53,386 bases of DNA from Octopus bimaculoides (lineage: Eukaryota). A program made the translations under genes and the position numbers. A model generated the notes under the pieces. The model saw only the letters and a program-made list of their open reading frames with translations. It ran no database searches and was not told where the DNA came from. Positions 12,724 through 26,441 of the stretch are shown here, one piece after another. The DNA is taken from contig NC_068982.1 of assembly GCF_001194135.2 (NCBI RefSeq), forward strand, positions 150,125,284 to 150,178,669, read 5' to 3'. Numbering within the stretch: the first letter of the stretch is position 1; the number at the start of each line of letters is the position of its first letter.

Positions 12724-13586
12724 TATTTCTAAAGCTTGCAAAGATTCTCCAAGCCTATGCATTAATGTCCCTTCCCCTACTGACTTCAAACTACGACCCA
12801 ACATTGCTGGCCCTGCTTGTGAAACTCACCGTTTGAGCAATTTCTTCGACATCTTACTCAAACCGTTTATAAAATATATGAAAAGCTTCATCGGGGATGA
12901 CTTAGACATGCTTAACCACCTCCCGAAGAGAATAAATGAAGGAACCCTGTTAGTATCATTCGATGTGGTGAACATGTACACCAATATCCTACACGATTAT
13001 GGCATAGAAGCAATCACCTTCTGGCTAGAAAAATATCCAGAAGAGATCCCAGGACGCATCAACCACAGATTCATAATCGCAACACTGAAATTCATCCAAC
13101 TGAACAACTATTTCATGTTCGATACAGTCTACTATCGACAAAAATGTGGAATTGCGATGGGAACTCGAGCTGCCCAGTGATCGCCAACCTTGTAATGGGT
13201 TAACTAGAACTTAAAATATACCAATCACCACTACAAAAATATAGCACCTCATTTCATTGCTGTTTAAAGTAGAACTGGAAGAGGTATTTAGATGATTGCT
13301 TTATACTTTGGAAAGATAACATGGACAAACTCCTCGATTTCAAAATGATGCTCAACAATATCAATAGCAACATACAATTCACCATGGAACACAACAACAA
13401 ACAATTCCCTTTTCTTGACATCTTAATTAAAATAGTCAATAACCACATCGAAAAAGACGTCTTCTATAAACCCACAGATTCAAAACAATACCTATTATTC
13501 AACTCATGCCACCCCAAACACATAAAAATTAATATACCTTATAATCTAGCGAAAAGAATCTGTACTATAGTTTCGGACACCAATAC
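12724..13586 (+). mobile_element. Penelope-like element (PLE) reverse transcriptase pseudogene fragment
   Basis: KLRPNIAGPACETHRLS, LVSFDVVNMYTNI, YRQKCGIAMGTRAA, then after stops/frameshift WKRYLDDCFILW, IQFTME, FPFLDI, FYKPTDSKQYLLFNSCHP. Truncated before the GIY-YIG domain. Confidence 0.93.
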
Positions 13587-13839
13587 TTTTTTGTTGAATT
13601 TCTCTCTCTTTTTACACCTATTTTTCTCATGTCCTCTCTGTCTCTCTCCTTCTCTCTCCCTCCTTCTCTCTCCCTCCTTCTCTCTCCCTCCTCTATCTCT
13701 CTCCTATCTCTCACCCTCTCTCTCTTTAGCTCCATTTCACTTCTCTTCTCATCTTCACTCTTCCTGTACGGAGAAGAAAATAAACCATAATACCTTTCGT
13801 TTACCAAAATATATTTTATACAAATCCATGTACAGTGGT

Positions 13840-14005
13840 AAATGTTATATGTGGTCTGAGGATAATTTGGCTACTATTTCTAACATTTAGGCAAACTTTG
13901 TGGTGTCATCCTAGTTAGCTCCGACAGTAGGAAAATTGGATGTTATTTTCCTCTGGTGTAGCAAAAATGTAGAGGGTCTCGTTGGATCATACATACACGG
14001 ATGTA
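13840..14005 (+). repeat. Two degenerate units of the ~100-bp GGCTGCTATTTCTAGC...CTCGTTGGCTCATACATAC repeat
   Basis: TTTGGCTACTATTTCTAAC and GTAGAGGGTCTCGTTGGATCATACATAC match the units at 52760-53255; further single copies at ~16285-16360 and ~50375-50455. Confidence 0.55.
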
Positions 14006-14149
14006 ATAGCCAATGGAATGGGATTTTACATGTTGTTATGCCTTTCAAGTCAGGATATCATCTAGAAAGTCCGCCGCTGGTTTGTTGTCTAAGTTTCTAA
14101 TATTTGATGTTGGTAAGTACAATAAAAGCATCTCAGAGGTCATTAATGT

Positions 14150-14400
14150 GACAATGTTTTTAATACATTCAGAAGACAAACATAGACACCGTTTATTGTT
14201 GTGAGTTATATATTGTCGCATTTAAGGGGTGCCATAATTGGAAACAGACATTCCATTTCAGGTTTGTCGATAATTTTGCATATACAGAATTTTAATTGTG
14301 TACTCTTTAATTGATTTCATTGCTGATGACTATGCAGTAGTAGTTATTATTTAGACCCCAAGTAAATCCTGAAGGAGCAAACATATAGTGAAAAGGCTTT
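14150..14400 (-). mobile_element. Highly degenerate RTE-like RT C-terminal fragment
   Basis: Minus-strand YLGSK, SNEIN*RVH, YAKLSTNLKWN, IYNS with several stops. Confidence 0.35.
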
Positions 14401-17400
14401 CCAGTTGTGATCATGCTATTTTACTTATATTAGAAACCATGCTGCATTTTTTAATACATCCTGTATTATTCGAGCTGGTAGATTTCAATTTGAAGCTTTA
14501 TTCAAACAGAGTTTCTCAACAAATTACTCGTGAGAATGGTTCGTTGCTATCATAACCAACATACTCCTGCTCTCTATGTTTTTCCATGTGTGTCTTTCAT
14601 TTTCTATCTACTTCTATTCCACAATTCCTGAGAGACAGACAGGCAGAGAAAGAAAGATTAGATAGAGACAGAAGAATATACAAAAACAGGATTTGACGTC
14701 ATACAAACGTGTTTCGAATTTTTCTTTTACTGACACGACCACTCTTTTTCAACGCATGCATATCAATATTTTGCAATACTATTCCGTTATCTTCCTGCAT
14801 TTCCATTTTTACAGCCAGCAAAATGTGTTGTGATGTTCATACTTTTATCAAATCCATTTTTTAACAGGATTAGCCTCAATCAAGAAATGTGAGCGGCCAT
14901 AAAGTTGATTTGCTAAGAGGTTTCCTATCCATAGCCTGCATACTTTAATATGAATATTAATATGAGTTAAATATATAAAAGTCAAACTTGACAAGTAATT
15001 ACAACATTAACCCATTCATTTCTCAAATCCATTAACCCTTATTATCATTTATTTTTCTGGGTGGTTGATCGATTTTGAATGATATGGAGAGAAGAACAGG
15101 ATATAACATTTATTCAATAACATACCCAACTAAACGATCGAAGTAATTGCTTCTATAATTTTATAATATCTACTTGGAAATTTTACTTCCCTTGGATTTG
15201 TACTTTTGATAAAGAAGCTCAGATACAGAGCAGCGCAAGTGTTAAACTATATACCCCTAATCACCATGGATAAGACAACGATAGACTTCAACCATCGTTA
15301 CCACTATGCAATGTCTTTATTATCTGTAGACATATTAATCTTAATTGTAAATTATTTTTAATGTAAAACAGAGACAAAGAAAGTTTTTGAACGCTCATTA
15401 CTTTCTGAGAAGCATATTAAAGAACTTAAATGGTTCCATCGAAAGGAATTCAGGTCACTAATTGCCAAGATTTATCGATGCCATATATCTTCCAATCCGC
15501 TTTCACGTAGTAATAAATAAACGCTCTTATATGTCAAGTAAGTAAAGTAAATCTTAGAGCAGGGGTAAAGGTTAATAGATGTAGTTTACAACTAGATGAT
15601 AAACATTAAACGGTAAAATTATATTCGAGATAACAATAACCGTCGGATATCAGCAATTTCTTTGATGCTTATTTTGATCGTCTTATCATCCCATTCCAGC
15701 TTCTAACTTCTTTGTACACGGTAATTTTGCGTTTACATTCCACCAGTTAGTCGATTTTGTTCTCGAAAGTGAATAAATCTCACTATAGGAACATCTGAAA
15801 TATTTCGTCTTCTCAGAATCAGGGCTACATCTTATCATTCTATTATTTATAAACACCAACTGGCTTCGTCGGCCCAACGAAAGATTTGTGGTTTGAAACC
15901 TACAGCAACAATACTTAACTCTTAATGAGCCAGTACACTTCATTACAGACAAGTGCTACAAAATGGTCTTATGGAGATGAGTATGGCATTTGATTACCAT
16001 GCAAAATTGAAATTCTCTTATAGGAAGCATATAACCCTTAACCAATCTATTCTGGGAATAAAGTCTCCGAGGCAGGAGATATAATCAAGAACCTGTTGTA
16101 AAACTGGATTATATTAATCTCTCAACTATAATTCCAATACTGATTGCTCTTCTCCTCATCAGTATTTCAGATATTCTCTATTCTAAGGTTAAATGAGTCA
16201 CAAAAAAGTTCCAATCGCGAACATTCTATCGTTTTGTTTATCAGAAGCGGCTACATTGTCAAGTGTATATTTTATACTTAAGGTTGTATGATGTAATTTG
16301 AAGACTTAGGCGCTATTTTAAGTAGACCGAACGACCACGTGGAGGTTCTCTCGTTGGTTCATTGATGAGAATGGATAAATTCCATATTATAATCCACTGT
16401 TATGACCTCCTCATGAAATAAGAATGTCACATAAATAAGGTTATTTTTACGTAACAACCAAAATTTCACAAAATTCACACAAAGCCTTTGAAATATTTCT
16501 CTGAATATACGATCTATTTTGTATTGCACTTCCAAAGTTATCCTACGTTTTTAAGGGAAAATTTTATCTTATTATCTAATGGTTCCTTTAAAATGCAATC
16601 TTTTTGCCTCTCCCCTTTAAATACTTCGATATTCATTAAAATCACGCTCCTTGTCTGTAAATTTTGGTAACCCCCAACGCTGACATTTTAACAGAATCTA
16701 TCTTTCAATTCACAAACATTTTATTTTTAAATGTTGATCAATGTTATTTGGTTAATGGAGTAGAAGGTACTATAAAAAGAAATCAAGCAGAAATCATACA
16801 TAGTATAAGTATTCGAATAATTATGTATGCCTTTTGATAAGTACGCTATTATGATGATTGAGATGTATGTATGGTGCATGTATGAATGATTTTCATAAGC
16901 ATACGAGTATATGTGATCGATTTTATAAGAGTATATGCATATATATTCATGTGTGTGTGTGTGTGAGTGTGTGTGTGTGAGAGAGAAGGTGTGTGTGTGT
17001 GTGTTAGTATGTGTGTGTGCTTACTCTTCCTATATATTTGTATTTATCACATATATATATTCACACATATATAAATATATATAAACACATACGTATTGAT
17101 CCAAGTTCCCACATATATATTTGTGTGTGTGAGTGTGTAACATACACACATACACAAACACACACACTTACACACACACACATACAGGCATGCACACATA
17201 ATGTACGCACAGGTTTTAACTTCTATGCCGTATAAAAGTCATAATAAAAACCAAAAGCCATGGATAAGGAAATCATTTCAAAGCGAATTTATCCAAGTGT
17301 CAGAATAAAATTTCTCTTTTCTTCTTTTGTTCCGTATCTCATCTTTTTCTCCCTGATCTTTATATTTTCTTAGTTTTGTTCATCTCCTGTTTAAATCAAA

Positions 17401-18605
17401 GTAATTGTACGAACAAACTAAATTATTGGAATTCTCATTTGAGCATAGACATCACAGTAAAAGAAGAGAGAATAAAACAAGCAAAACAAAATTTTTTTTG
17501 AATGTCTTCGTTTTAAATTTGGAAGTTGTTCAGCCTTGCTGAATTATAATCTCAACATCCAATCTATTTTCTTTGTTTTAAACATCAAACTTACTCAACT
17601 GGACGAATCATATAATGCTGTGTTATCTCATGTTATTTCCAATCACTGGAACGATATAACGCCGTATCTGATACTGCGTGAAACGATGACAAACTCGTGA
17701 TATAAGGTATTAACTAATCACTGAATGATGTAATACCGCATTCAGCCAATGAAATAATATAACACTGTGTCTAGCTCTTGTATTTGCCATATTCAATCTG
17801 TTTGTATGACAGGATGCAAAACTGTTTTTAACCAATAAAATGTTATATGTTATCTAAAACCATTGATATATCATCATGCTATTTTCTTTAAAGTATTTTT
17901 TCTGTTTTATCGTACAGGAAATGAAATAAGTTGATACTCATTGCTTATTTCAAGCTGTTCAGGTGACGATAAAGATTGCCTTCCAAACAGTTTCAAAAAG
18001 TTAAAGTTTAACGATCCCATAGTCTTGTCCTTATTCCAAATGTACTACACTAATCATCAAAAACTATCAAATTCCATTAAATGGTGTGCGTCAAGAGACT
18101 GAATCAAAGACGTTATAAAGACAGTGGTGATGATATTGTTTGTATTCTAGTCCGTAAGATATAGGTGTTATTGCAAAGTTATTTATCATATCTATAGAAC
18201 ACATAGTGGCATAGGAAGTGGAGGTTTTGTAAGCGTGAGCAACTGCTAGTCTTCCATAAACAAAACGAAAATTTCCTCTTGTGACTTAAAAAAGTATTTT
18301 TAAGAAGTTGACCCCGAGTCTCACGGAACATGTGAAGAGCCTGGATGTATAATCACATAGATACCTAAACAACAACAAACGTCAACAACAATGACGATGT
18401 CGGCTAACTTATTCACTCAGCTTATTTATTAAAAAAATTTATAGTTACAACAAATCTTCCAACAGAGCAATTAAATTTTCTAGCTTTGTCTTTTTTAATA
18501 ATTTTATAATGGGTTCGAAACCTTTCCCTTGTTGTTCTTCACTTCTGCAAACATTATCAAGAGAGTAAACATTCAAACTATTTCTAAAGGTCATTCTTTT
18601 CAACC

Positions 18606-18640
18606 CATGGGTTCCCCAACCTTTTCTATACCCCACACCC
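18606..18640 (+). mobile_element. Possible single hAT/Charlie-type terminal sequence
   Basis: CATGGGTTCCCCAACCTTTT resembles CAGGGGTYCCCAACCTTTT termini; no partner end or 8-bp TSD found. Confidence 0.25.
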
Positions 18641-19589
18641 CAATATAAAATGTCTGAGTAATTTATGCTCCCCTACAAAATTAATATCACAACTAAAGAT
18701 GAAAAGTAAATTTTTCTGATAATTTATTTTCTATTTAAATTGAACCTTTACAGCATTGTAGGTGAACAAATAAAACTCGAAAAACAAGCTTTTGACTCAG
18801 TGTATCAAATACAAATGTAAATTGAGTAGTTAGGGAAAAAATACTATAAAAAGTAAAATCAATCGAAATTGTGAACATAAAATTCAATCATTTTTTGTTC
18901 TTGCGCTTCATTCATGGCTTTAACAAAACGTGGAAAGAAAAAAATCCACGGGTCTGCCTTGTGGATTCAAGTGATTTCTAGATTTTACCTTGATCGACAA
19001 AAAAGAACGGAATCCAGACACACACAAGTATGTCGTTGCAAATGCACTTCTTGGTAATAATGGTTAAACTTATATGTGTGAAATAATAGAGTTATTTTTG
19101 TACTTAATAAAATATAGTTATTTTTAAGTTACTAAAGAATTTGAATTTGAAAAGTGATTTTAATAAAATACATACTTTCCCGCTTCGTCGCAATCTCGCA
19201 ACCCTATGAATATGAATGTTCCAGTTACATTTAGCTAAAAATGTAAATTGAAAATATTTTATTCTGTTCCACATTGCTTAATATATTTCTGATAGTGTAG
19301 TCAAACGGGACAACAACGAACAAATGCGTTAATAAATGCGTTAATAAAATAGACGAACTATAAAGATGAATCACCGTCATCAAATTACAATAACAAAAAC
19401 AAATTCTATAAAGTCAACGTCAGATATTATACACGAATTGTAAAATAAAAATAGTTATTCCGACTAGCTAAAATTCTTTGTCAAAGTTCCATTAAATTAA
19501 GCTCTACTGTTTGCTTTGTCTTGTTTTTTTTTTTTAGGGAACAGTGTGGATAGTGTAGTCGTAGATAAACTGTCTTAAAACAGAACAGA

Positions 19590-19976
19590 GTTGTTGTTGC
19601 TGGCACTCCGTCGCTTACGACGTCGAGGGTTCCAGTTGATCCAATCAATGGAACAGCCTGCTCGTGAAATTAACGTGCAAGTGGCTGAGCATTCCACAGA
19701 CACGTGTACCCTTAACGTAGTTCTCGGGGATATTCAGCGTGACACAGCGTGACAAGGCTGACCCTTTGAATTACAGGCACAACAGAAACAGGAAGAAAGA
19801 GTGAGAGAAAGTTGTGGTGAAAGAGTACAGCAGGGTTTGCCACCACCCCCTGCCGGAGCCTCGTGGAGCTTTAGGTGTTTTCGCTCAATAAACACTCACA
19901 ACGCCCGGTCTGGGAATCGAAACCGCGATCCTATGACCGCGAGTTCGCTGCCCTAACCACTGGGCCATTGTGACTT
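19590..19976 (-). mobile_element. tRNA-derived SINE family B, full length, with 9-bp TSD
   Basis: A box TGGCCCAGTGG, B box GGTTTCGATTCC, (AAC)n tail; ACAGAACAG at 19580-19588 and 19977-19985; highly similar to 49895-50248. Confidence 0.93.
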
Positions 19977-20999
19977 ACAGAACAGGGTATCACAGCTAGA
20001 AAAACACTTTTGATCATAGGCTCGATTTTGGGTACAAAACAACAAAGTGCAGATTATTTTTTGCTTTATTTCACAACTAAATTTCTTCTTTTTACATTAC
20101 TAAGAAATATCACTCATCTCTGTTTTATTTCACTGGAATAAATTGTCAGACAACGATACGAGAAATATACATTTTATCCAATAAGATTTATACTGCCCAT
20201 TTATTTATTTCCGAAGTATCCATGGAAATAATGCTAGATATTTGTGTAATAATTAGCAGTTTATCAAACGGATGCGTGTATGCGGAACTAATTTTACGAA
20301 CGTGTATGTTTCATTAATATCACCAGCTGTACTACATCAGTATGTCTATTATCTATCTATAAGGTATACAAGATACATTTTAAAGGACTATACTCCACTA
20401 ATTTCTTGTAACTTTTGCTCTAAATAACGTTGACTTGGGATTTAATCATTCCTCGAAAAGCAGTTCTTAGTAGAAAGAGACAAACAGGCAGGCAGACGGG
20501 CAAACAGACATGGACAGATAGATAGGTTAAGAGAGTGAGAAAGAGAAACTCAGTTATAGCAAATATCATTTATTGCTTATTACTAGAGTGAAAAAGAGAG
20601 AGAGAGAATGGTGCGGTTGTGATTCATATACTCTATTTTTCATATATGAATCACCTTAAAGCTTACAAATCTTAAAATATCTATTGAAATTCCTTCTAAA
20701 ATTTCATTTTCCAAGGATCTATAAAATCTAACATATATTTACACGCGCGTGCACATGTATGTGTGTGCGAATGTATGTATGTATGTACGTATGTATGTAT
20801 GTATGTATGTACGTACGTACGCACATGCTTCTTTTATTTGGTGGGTCTGGAAAAGATAAGGTGCCCATGGTCTTTAAAGCCCTCCTAGATCGGTTTATGT
20901 TCAACCTTTCTAAGACAACGCCTACGGAGTAGCTATAAACAGTAAGATAATTCCAGAGAGTATATTCCTTCCATGTTTTTCCTTCAGTGCGTCCCTTTG

Positions 21000-21190
21000 T
21001 TTAATACTGGTATCAAATTTTGGCACAAGGCCAGTATTTTTGGCGAAGGGGCTAAGTCGATTACATCGACCCCAGTACTTATTTTATTGACCCGGAAAGG
21101 ATGAAAAGCAAACTCAACCTCGGCAGAAATTGAACTCAAAACGTAAATACGGACGAAATGTCGCTAAGTATTTTGACCGGCGCGCATCCT
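21000..21190 (-). mobile_element. SINE family C copy
   Basis: GTCGATTACATCGACCCCAG, GACCCGGAAAGGATGAAAAGC and AATTGAACTCA are reverse complements of the family C core. Confidence 0.8.
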
Positions 21191-22146
21191 TTTGTTTAAT
21201 AACGATAACAAAACTGCTTTTCATATTAATGTTATTGAAAGTATTCTTCCTGTCTTTAAATATAGAGGTTTGCTTTGTATATTTGTTCAGATATATTCAT
21301 TTCCTTTTTCTTGTTTGTTTTTTTGTTATTTTCAAAAATATTGGGTAGCGATGTAGTGGGGGCTGCTACATTTCCTACGACCACCTCTTCTGGATTAGCT
21401 AGGAGAAGCCATATTAAAATTACTTGTAAGCAATAATTTTTAATAAAATAATATATATTTATAAAATTTCAAAAAATCTTTTCCTCTAAACCGGTTAATG
21501 GTGGTGAACTCCAAACTTTTCGAAGAAGTTAGTTTACAAATGAAATTTTTAAATCTTTTAAAATCAAGATAAAATCTACAAACGTAACCGCTACTTCAGC
21601 CATCTTTTTGTGGTTTGCTAACCCACGTACTTGCTTGTTACAAAAATACTTGCAAGCAATATGGGAGCGGGTGCCAAGAAAAATGCTCACGTCTTGGCTG
21701 TGGTTTACCTAAAGTTCTTCGAATAATTTTGATTTTTTTAAACTATTATTAATATCCTGTCTTTCACAGGCTCATAATCACGTTTATCTGCCCTGAATTT
21801 CTCTGATATCGTCACGTGGTTCCTTTGTGACTTCTCTCAGCCCTTCAGTTGTTGTACAAACAACTATGGATTTCAAAGCGATGTCGGAAGTGCCTGCAAA
21901 AAAGTGTGTCTTGTTTTTCAGTTCGAAGATAAGGCAAAACGTTAAGTAGAGATAGTGAAATACACACACAGGCCTGTACCCCAGTACATGCCCAGCACAA
22001 CCCAAGAGTGAGAGTCACGACTATTATCAGCGATATTGGTCCCTTGTGGTGTTCACATTTCATTGAAAGTCTAATTTTGAAACAAAAATATCACAAAAAG
22101 TAAACTTAAACCAGAGCGTTGAGGAAATGTTTTATGGTAAAATCCT

Positions 22147-22150
<4 letters not shown>

Positions 22151-22205
<55 letters not shown>

Positions 22206-22228
22206 GGTGGTGGCGGCGGCGGTGGTAG
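22151..22228. repeat. Stepwise triplet microsatellite (AGT)n-(GGT)n-(GGC)n
   Basis: Direct reading. Confidence 0.95.
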
Positions 22229-23193
22229 TATATGTAACGTTACCGAACATGTATCTCCAGCAATTGTTTTCAAAAGTAATTGTTAATTTGTAATCATTTC
22301 TTAAACTAACATTCAGCAGGCTCTTGTATAATAACAGATAAACAGTTTATATTACATCGTTGTGGCAATTATGTTCGTGACAACCGGATAGGTAATAAAG
22401 AGAGCCATCACTCATTACGTACTTGCTGCAAATATTTTAAGCAAACATAGAATAGGCACTTTCACAAATCGGTAGTCATGGACAAGCAGTTAACAGTGAA
22501 ACAAAGAGGGTGCCAGACAATATTCCACGCTTGCGTGAATATAAAAAGATATGTAAACACGAATGCAAACATGGAAATAAATGTACAATCACACATACAA
22601 CACATATCATACATATGTTCACATATTCAAACGCACTATATGTGCGTGTGAGTATGTTTATGCATGTACATCTTTTTTAAAATTTACATCTATATAGACA
22701 CATACATATATAAAGTAATTTGCGATGTTCACTTTATCGTTCAATTACTCTCATCTTTTTCATCGTCAATGATACACACACATACACTCGTCCACACACA
22801 CTAAAATAGGCGGATGTGTGTGTGTGAGAGAGAGAGAGAAGGAGATCTTGGTCTTTATGCTGTAATTATGAAATACAATGATTACTCAAGTTTAATGCTA
22901 AGCTCGTAGTTTTAACTCTCAGAGAAAACAAACCTACATGCATTGCAGTAACCAGATGAATGTATGTGCCGTCACATTACACGAGTATGTGCGCATGCCC
23001 GCACACATACGATGGTGAGAGAAAAATATCTTTTTCATAAATACAGTACTGAACACTAACCTTCACTGGCGTGGTCAAAGATGAGACCTGACTGCATAGT
23101 AAAACAATTCTACTGCTCAACAGATGTATTTATAATTTGCATGCTAAACCACACCAGTTTGAACAAACTTCCCTACAGAAAAATATTTAAATA

Positions 23194-24455
23194 TTGAGTC
23201 ATCCCATAAATAATGTGGTTATTTCAATTGCATGAACTAAAAGTCGGAGGGGAACGGGATAAACTACCTGCATCAATTTGCTATAAAAGCTGGTAGTAAT
23301 TTTACCTTGTCCTTATTCTTAGTTCAAATTTTGAAAAGTTATTTTTTCAAAGCGATAATGGAAGTGATAAAGGAGCATATTCGGCATATTCTACTGTATG
23401 AGTTCAATAAAGGCAACAATGCAATGGAAAGGGCAAGGAATATTAATGTAGTATATGGGGATCGGACAATATGCATAAGTCAGTGTCAACGATGGTTCCA
23501 GAAATCCGAGCCGGAAACTACAGCCTAGAAGACGAGCCTCGTCCTAGAAGATCTGTAGAGCTCGATGTGGACGTCCTGCAAACCCTGGTGGAACAAAATC
23601 CCATCGTAACTGTTGAGGAACTAGCAGAGAAGCTTGGATTTGGTCATTCAACCATTCATCGACACCTGCGCGCCATTGGAAAAGTCAGCAAATTGGATCA
23701 ATGGGTTCTTCACAAACTTTCCGAGTCTAATCTCGCGCAAAGAGTGAATGTGTGCTCTTCTTTGCTGTCACGTCTCACGAATGATCCTTTTTTTGGACCG
23801 AATAGTAACTGGTGATGAGAAATGGGTTCTCTGTAAAAATGACAAGCGCCGGGAAAGGAGAAACACCGGCACCCCAGGCTAAAGAAGGTCTTCGCCCACT
23901 TAAGGTGTTGTTATCTGTTTGGTGGGATATGAAATGTTTAGTCTACTTTGAACTTTTAAACCCAAACCAAACAATAACAAACGAGATCTACTGCGAGCAT
24001 CTTAAGTGACTTAAGTCAGCGCTAGAAGAAAAGGGACTATCTTTGGTTTCAAGACGAAAGGTGTTCTTCCATCAGGATAATGCTCGGCTACATACAGCGA
24101 GGATGACATTCCAAAGGCTGGAGCAGTTTGAATGGGAAACGATGCTCCACCCACCATATTCGCCGGACATTGCCCCACCTGATTATTATTTATTCTGCAG
24201 TCTTCAAAATCAATTGGACGGAAAAAGTATGAACTCTGTAGACGAAGTCAGAACAGTGCTGGAGAAATATTTTTCGTCACGGACAAGTGAACTTTGGAAG
24301 AGGGGCCTTGCAAGTCTACCAGATAGATGGAAGAGCATTGTAGAAAATGAAGGAGAGTATATTTTAGATAAAAAAAAAAAAGGAACTTTGTTTATCTTAA
24401 TCTTGAAAAATAAAATAATTATTTTAAAAAACGCATTATTTATGGGATGACCCAA
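23194..24455 (+). mobile_element. Full-length mariner (DD34D) transposon, transposase broken by frameshifts and stops
   Basis: TIRs TTGAGTCATCCCATAAATAATG / CATTATTTATGGGATGACCCAA with TA on both sides. ATG at 23358 (MEVIKEHIRHILLYEFNKG), VTGDEKW, HQDNARLH, HPPYSPDIAPPDYYLF, ENEGEYILD. Confidence 0.97.
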
Positions 24456-24769
24456 TATTATAAATCGAGTCCATCTTATTGGCTCAAAGATTTGCTGTTT
24501 GCTTTTGTCTTTCGTTTCTCTCTCTCNNNNNNNNNNNNNNNNNNNNNNNNNNNNNNNNNNNNNNNNNNNNNNNNNNNNNNNNNNNNNNNNNNNNNATATA
24601 TATATATATATAAAGTGAGCATGATCTAGTAGCTTGTACCGCTCTTTCTCTAATTGTTTAAAGTGCCTTTGTAGTCATGAGTTGACATAGGCACCCTCTT
24701 GTCCATCCCACTCTTGACTCATTGGAACAGCCAAGATATAACAGCATAAGGGAGAGATAGCTGCGGTCG

Positions 24770-24912
24770 GTTAATGCTCATTTTTCAACTAAGTAGACTA
24801 GAATAACGTGATATGAAGTGCCTTGCTCAACAACACAATGCGCTGCCCGATTACAGAATCGAACCTGCAACTTTGCTATCCTGAGCCCAACATCCTAACT
24901 ACTAAACTGTAC
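24770..24912 (-). mobile_element. tRNA-derived SINE family D (CORE-like block), 5' part
   Basis: AAGTGCCTTGCTCAA and GAATCGAACCTGCAAC (reverse B box); related plus-strand head at 35851-35940. Confidence 0.6.
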
Positions 24913-25713
24913 ATGTGTGTTTTTGCGTGTACATATATGTGTAACAAAAACGAACCAGTTGGTCAACTGATACAAATAAATACACAAGAGCGTAAGATGT
25001 GTGTGACATGTAAAGCGACACGTAGACATAGATTTCAACCAACTGTTTCCAGTTCATAGCCCATGTACTTCAATATATGTATTTAGTGACATACATAGAG
25101 AGATGTCTTTCTTTTATCCGTTATCGACACCAGATAAACTCATAAACGTTGTATAGTACATACAGATAAACACAAATACATGTATTCATATGCTTTAATT
25201 ATAAGCTACCTCTAATCATTTTCAGCTGGTTGCTATGGATAAATATCATATCGACAATGATCTTCGTTGGAAGTATGTCTGTTATCGATGCTTCAACTGT
25301 CCTGCGCACTTCTGTGCGTGCCCGCATGTGTGGTAACGCGTTGCTATTAGTAAGAAGCAACAAGTGTCAGCAAGCGTAGATAGTAATAATCAATCGATAT
25401 GTTCGATTGTTGTTACCGTGTCGTAGTCGCTGCTTTATTGGAATAAGAATACAATGTCGTTGATGTCACTGCATATAGTCACTGGATTTTGTCTGTTTCC
25501 AGTAACGGCAGATAGTAATCAATTTGAAGAAACATGTTTATCTTTGGAAAAGGTATAGATTTGTATATAAATGAATGCCTCGTGCTACGTTCGATTCATA
25601 TGAGCAGTATTTTGTCTTAATGCTTATAAATAATAATAATAATATAATAATATACGCTCTCCTCATACTACTTTCTCTTTCTCTCTCTCCTTTTCTCGCT
25701 CATTCTCTCTCCC

Positions 25714-25780
<67 letters not shown>

Positions 25781-26357
25781 CTCACTTTCTTCTTGAACTT
25801 CGAAGCAATCCTGGTCTAGTTATATCAAAGATTATTTAATTAATGGCTGGACAAACGTTTCTCGTCATTAATAGAATTCCAGACTGACTTTCCGAATAAA
25901 TGAATAATCCTAGCGTAATTCATGTGACTGCCAGTAATAGTTTTTCTTTTTTTTTTTTTTGCTTGTTTAATTAATCTAATTCTAATTTAAAGGTCCCATG
26001 GCTCCATTGTTTAATTGTTGTGTTAAGCAGATGAGAGATAAATCTTCACCTAGATATGAAGATGGCAGATCTCTGTTAATTTTTCCACGGCTGGAATTAA
26101 ACTTAATATTGTTATCCAACAAGATATTCGTTAGTTCCTCAGTCCTACTTTTTGATGTAGTTTAACTGTGGATCAATCCCACCCAAACAAAACTTATAAT
26201 CAAAAGCGTTCCAATAACGACCATTTAATTTTGGTGGATATTGCGTGTTACGAAATTAATAGTGGTTGTCACCAATGTAGTGTGGGTTCGGTTCTAATTA
26301 AGAGTGAGTGTTCTGTGATTTAATGTATGAAGAGTATCCGTCAGACAATCCATTTCA

Positions 26358-26431
<74 letters not shown>

Positions 26432-26441
26432 CATTATTATT

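Noticed and set aside
12056-13180. Long ORFs of 150-366 aa here and at 1412-2212
   Set aside because: They read through N-runs and microsatellites; only the Penelope part (from ~12724) is meaningful.
13930-14005. Minus-strand SNETLY motif suggesting RTE sequence
   Set aside because: The segment is better explained as the reverse of the ~100-bp repeat unit.
18445-18636. Protein-like minus ORF (EPIIKLLKKTKLENLIALLEDLL)
   Set aside because: GTG start inside a possible TE end, no recognisable family, no splice support.
19900-19976. tRNA-like cloverleaf sequences here and at 49897-49970
   Set aside because: They are heads of TSD-flanked SINEs, not standalone tRNA genes.
11720-21672. Shared 12-mer ATGGGAGCGGGT at ~11715 and ~21661
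   Set aside because: No flanking similarity; 12-mer matches are expected by chance in 53 kb.
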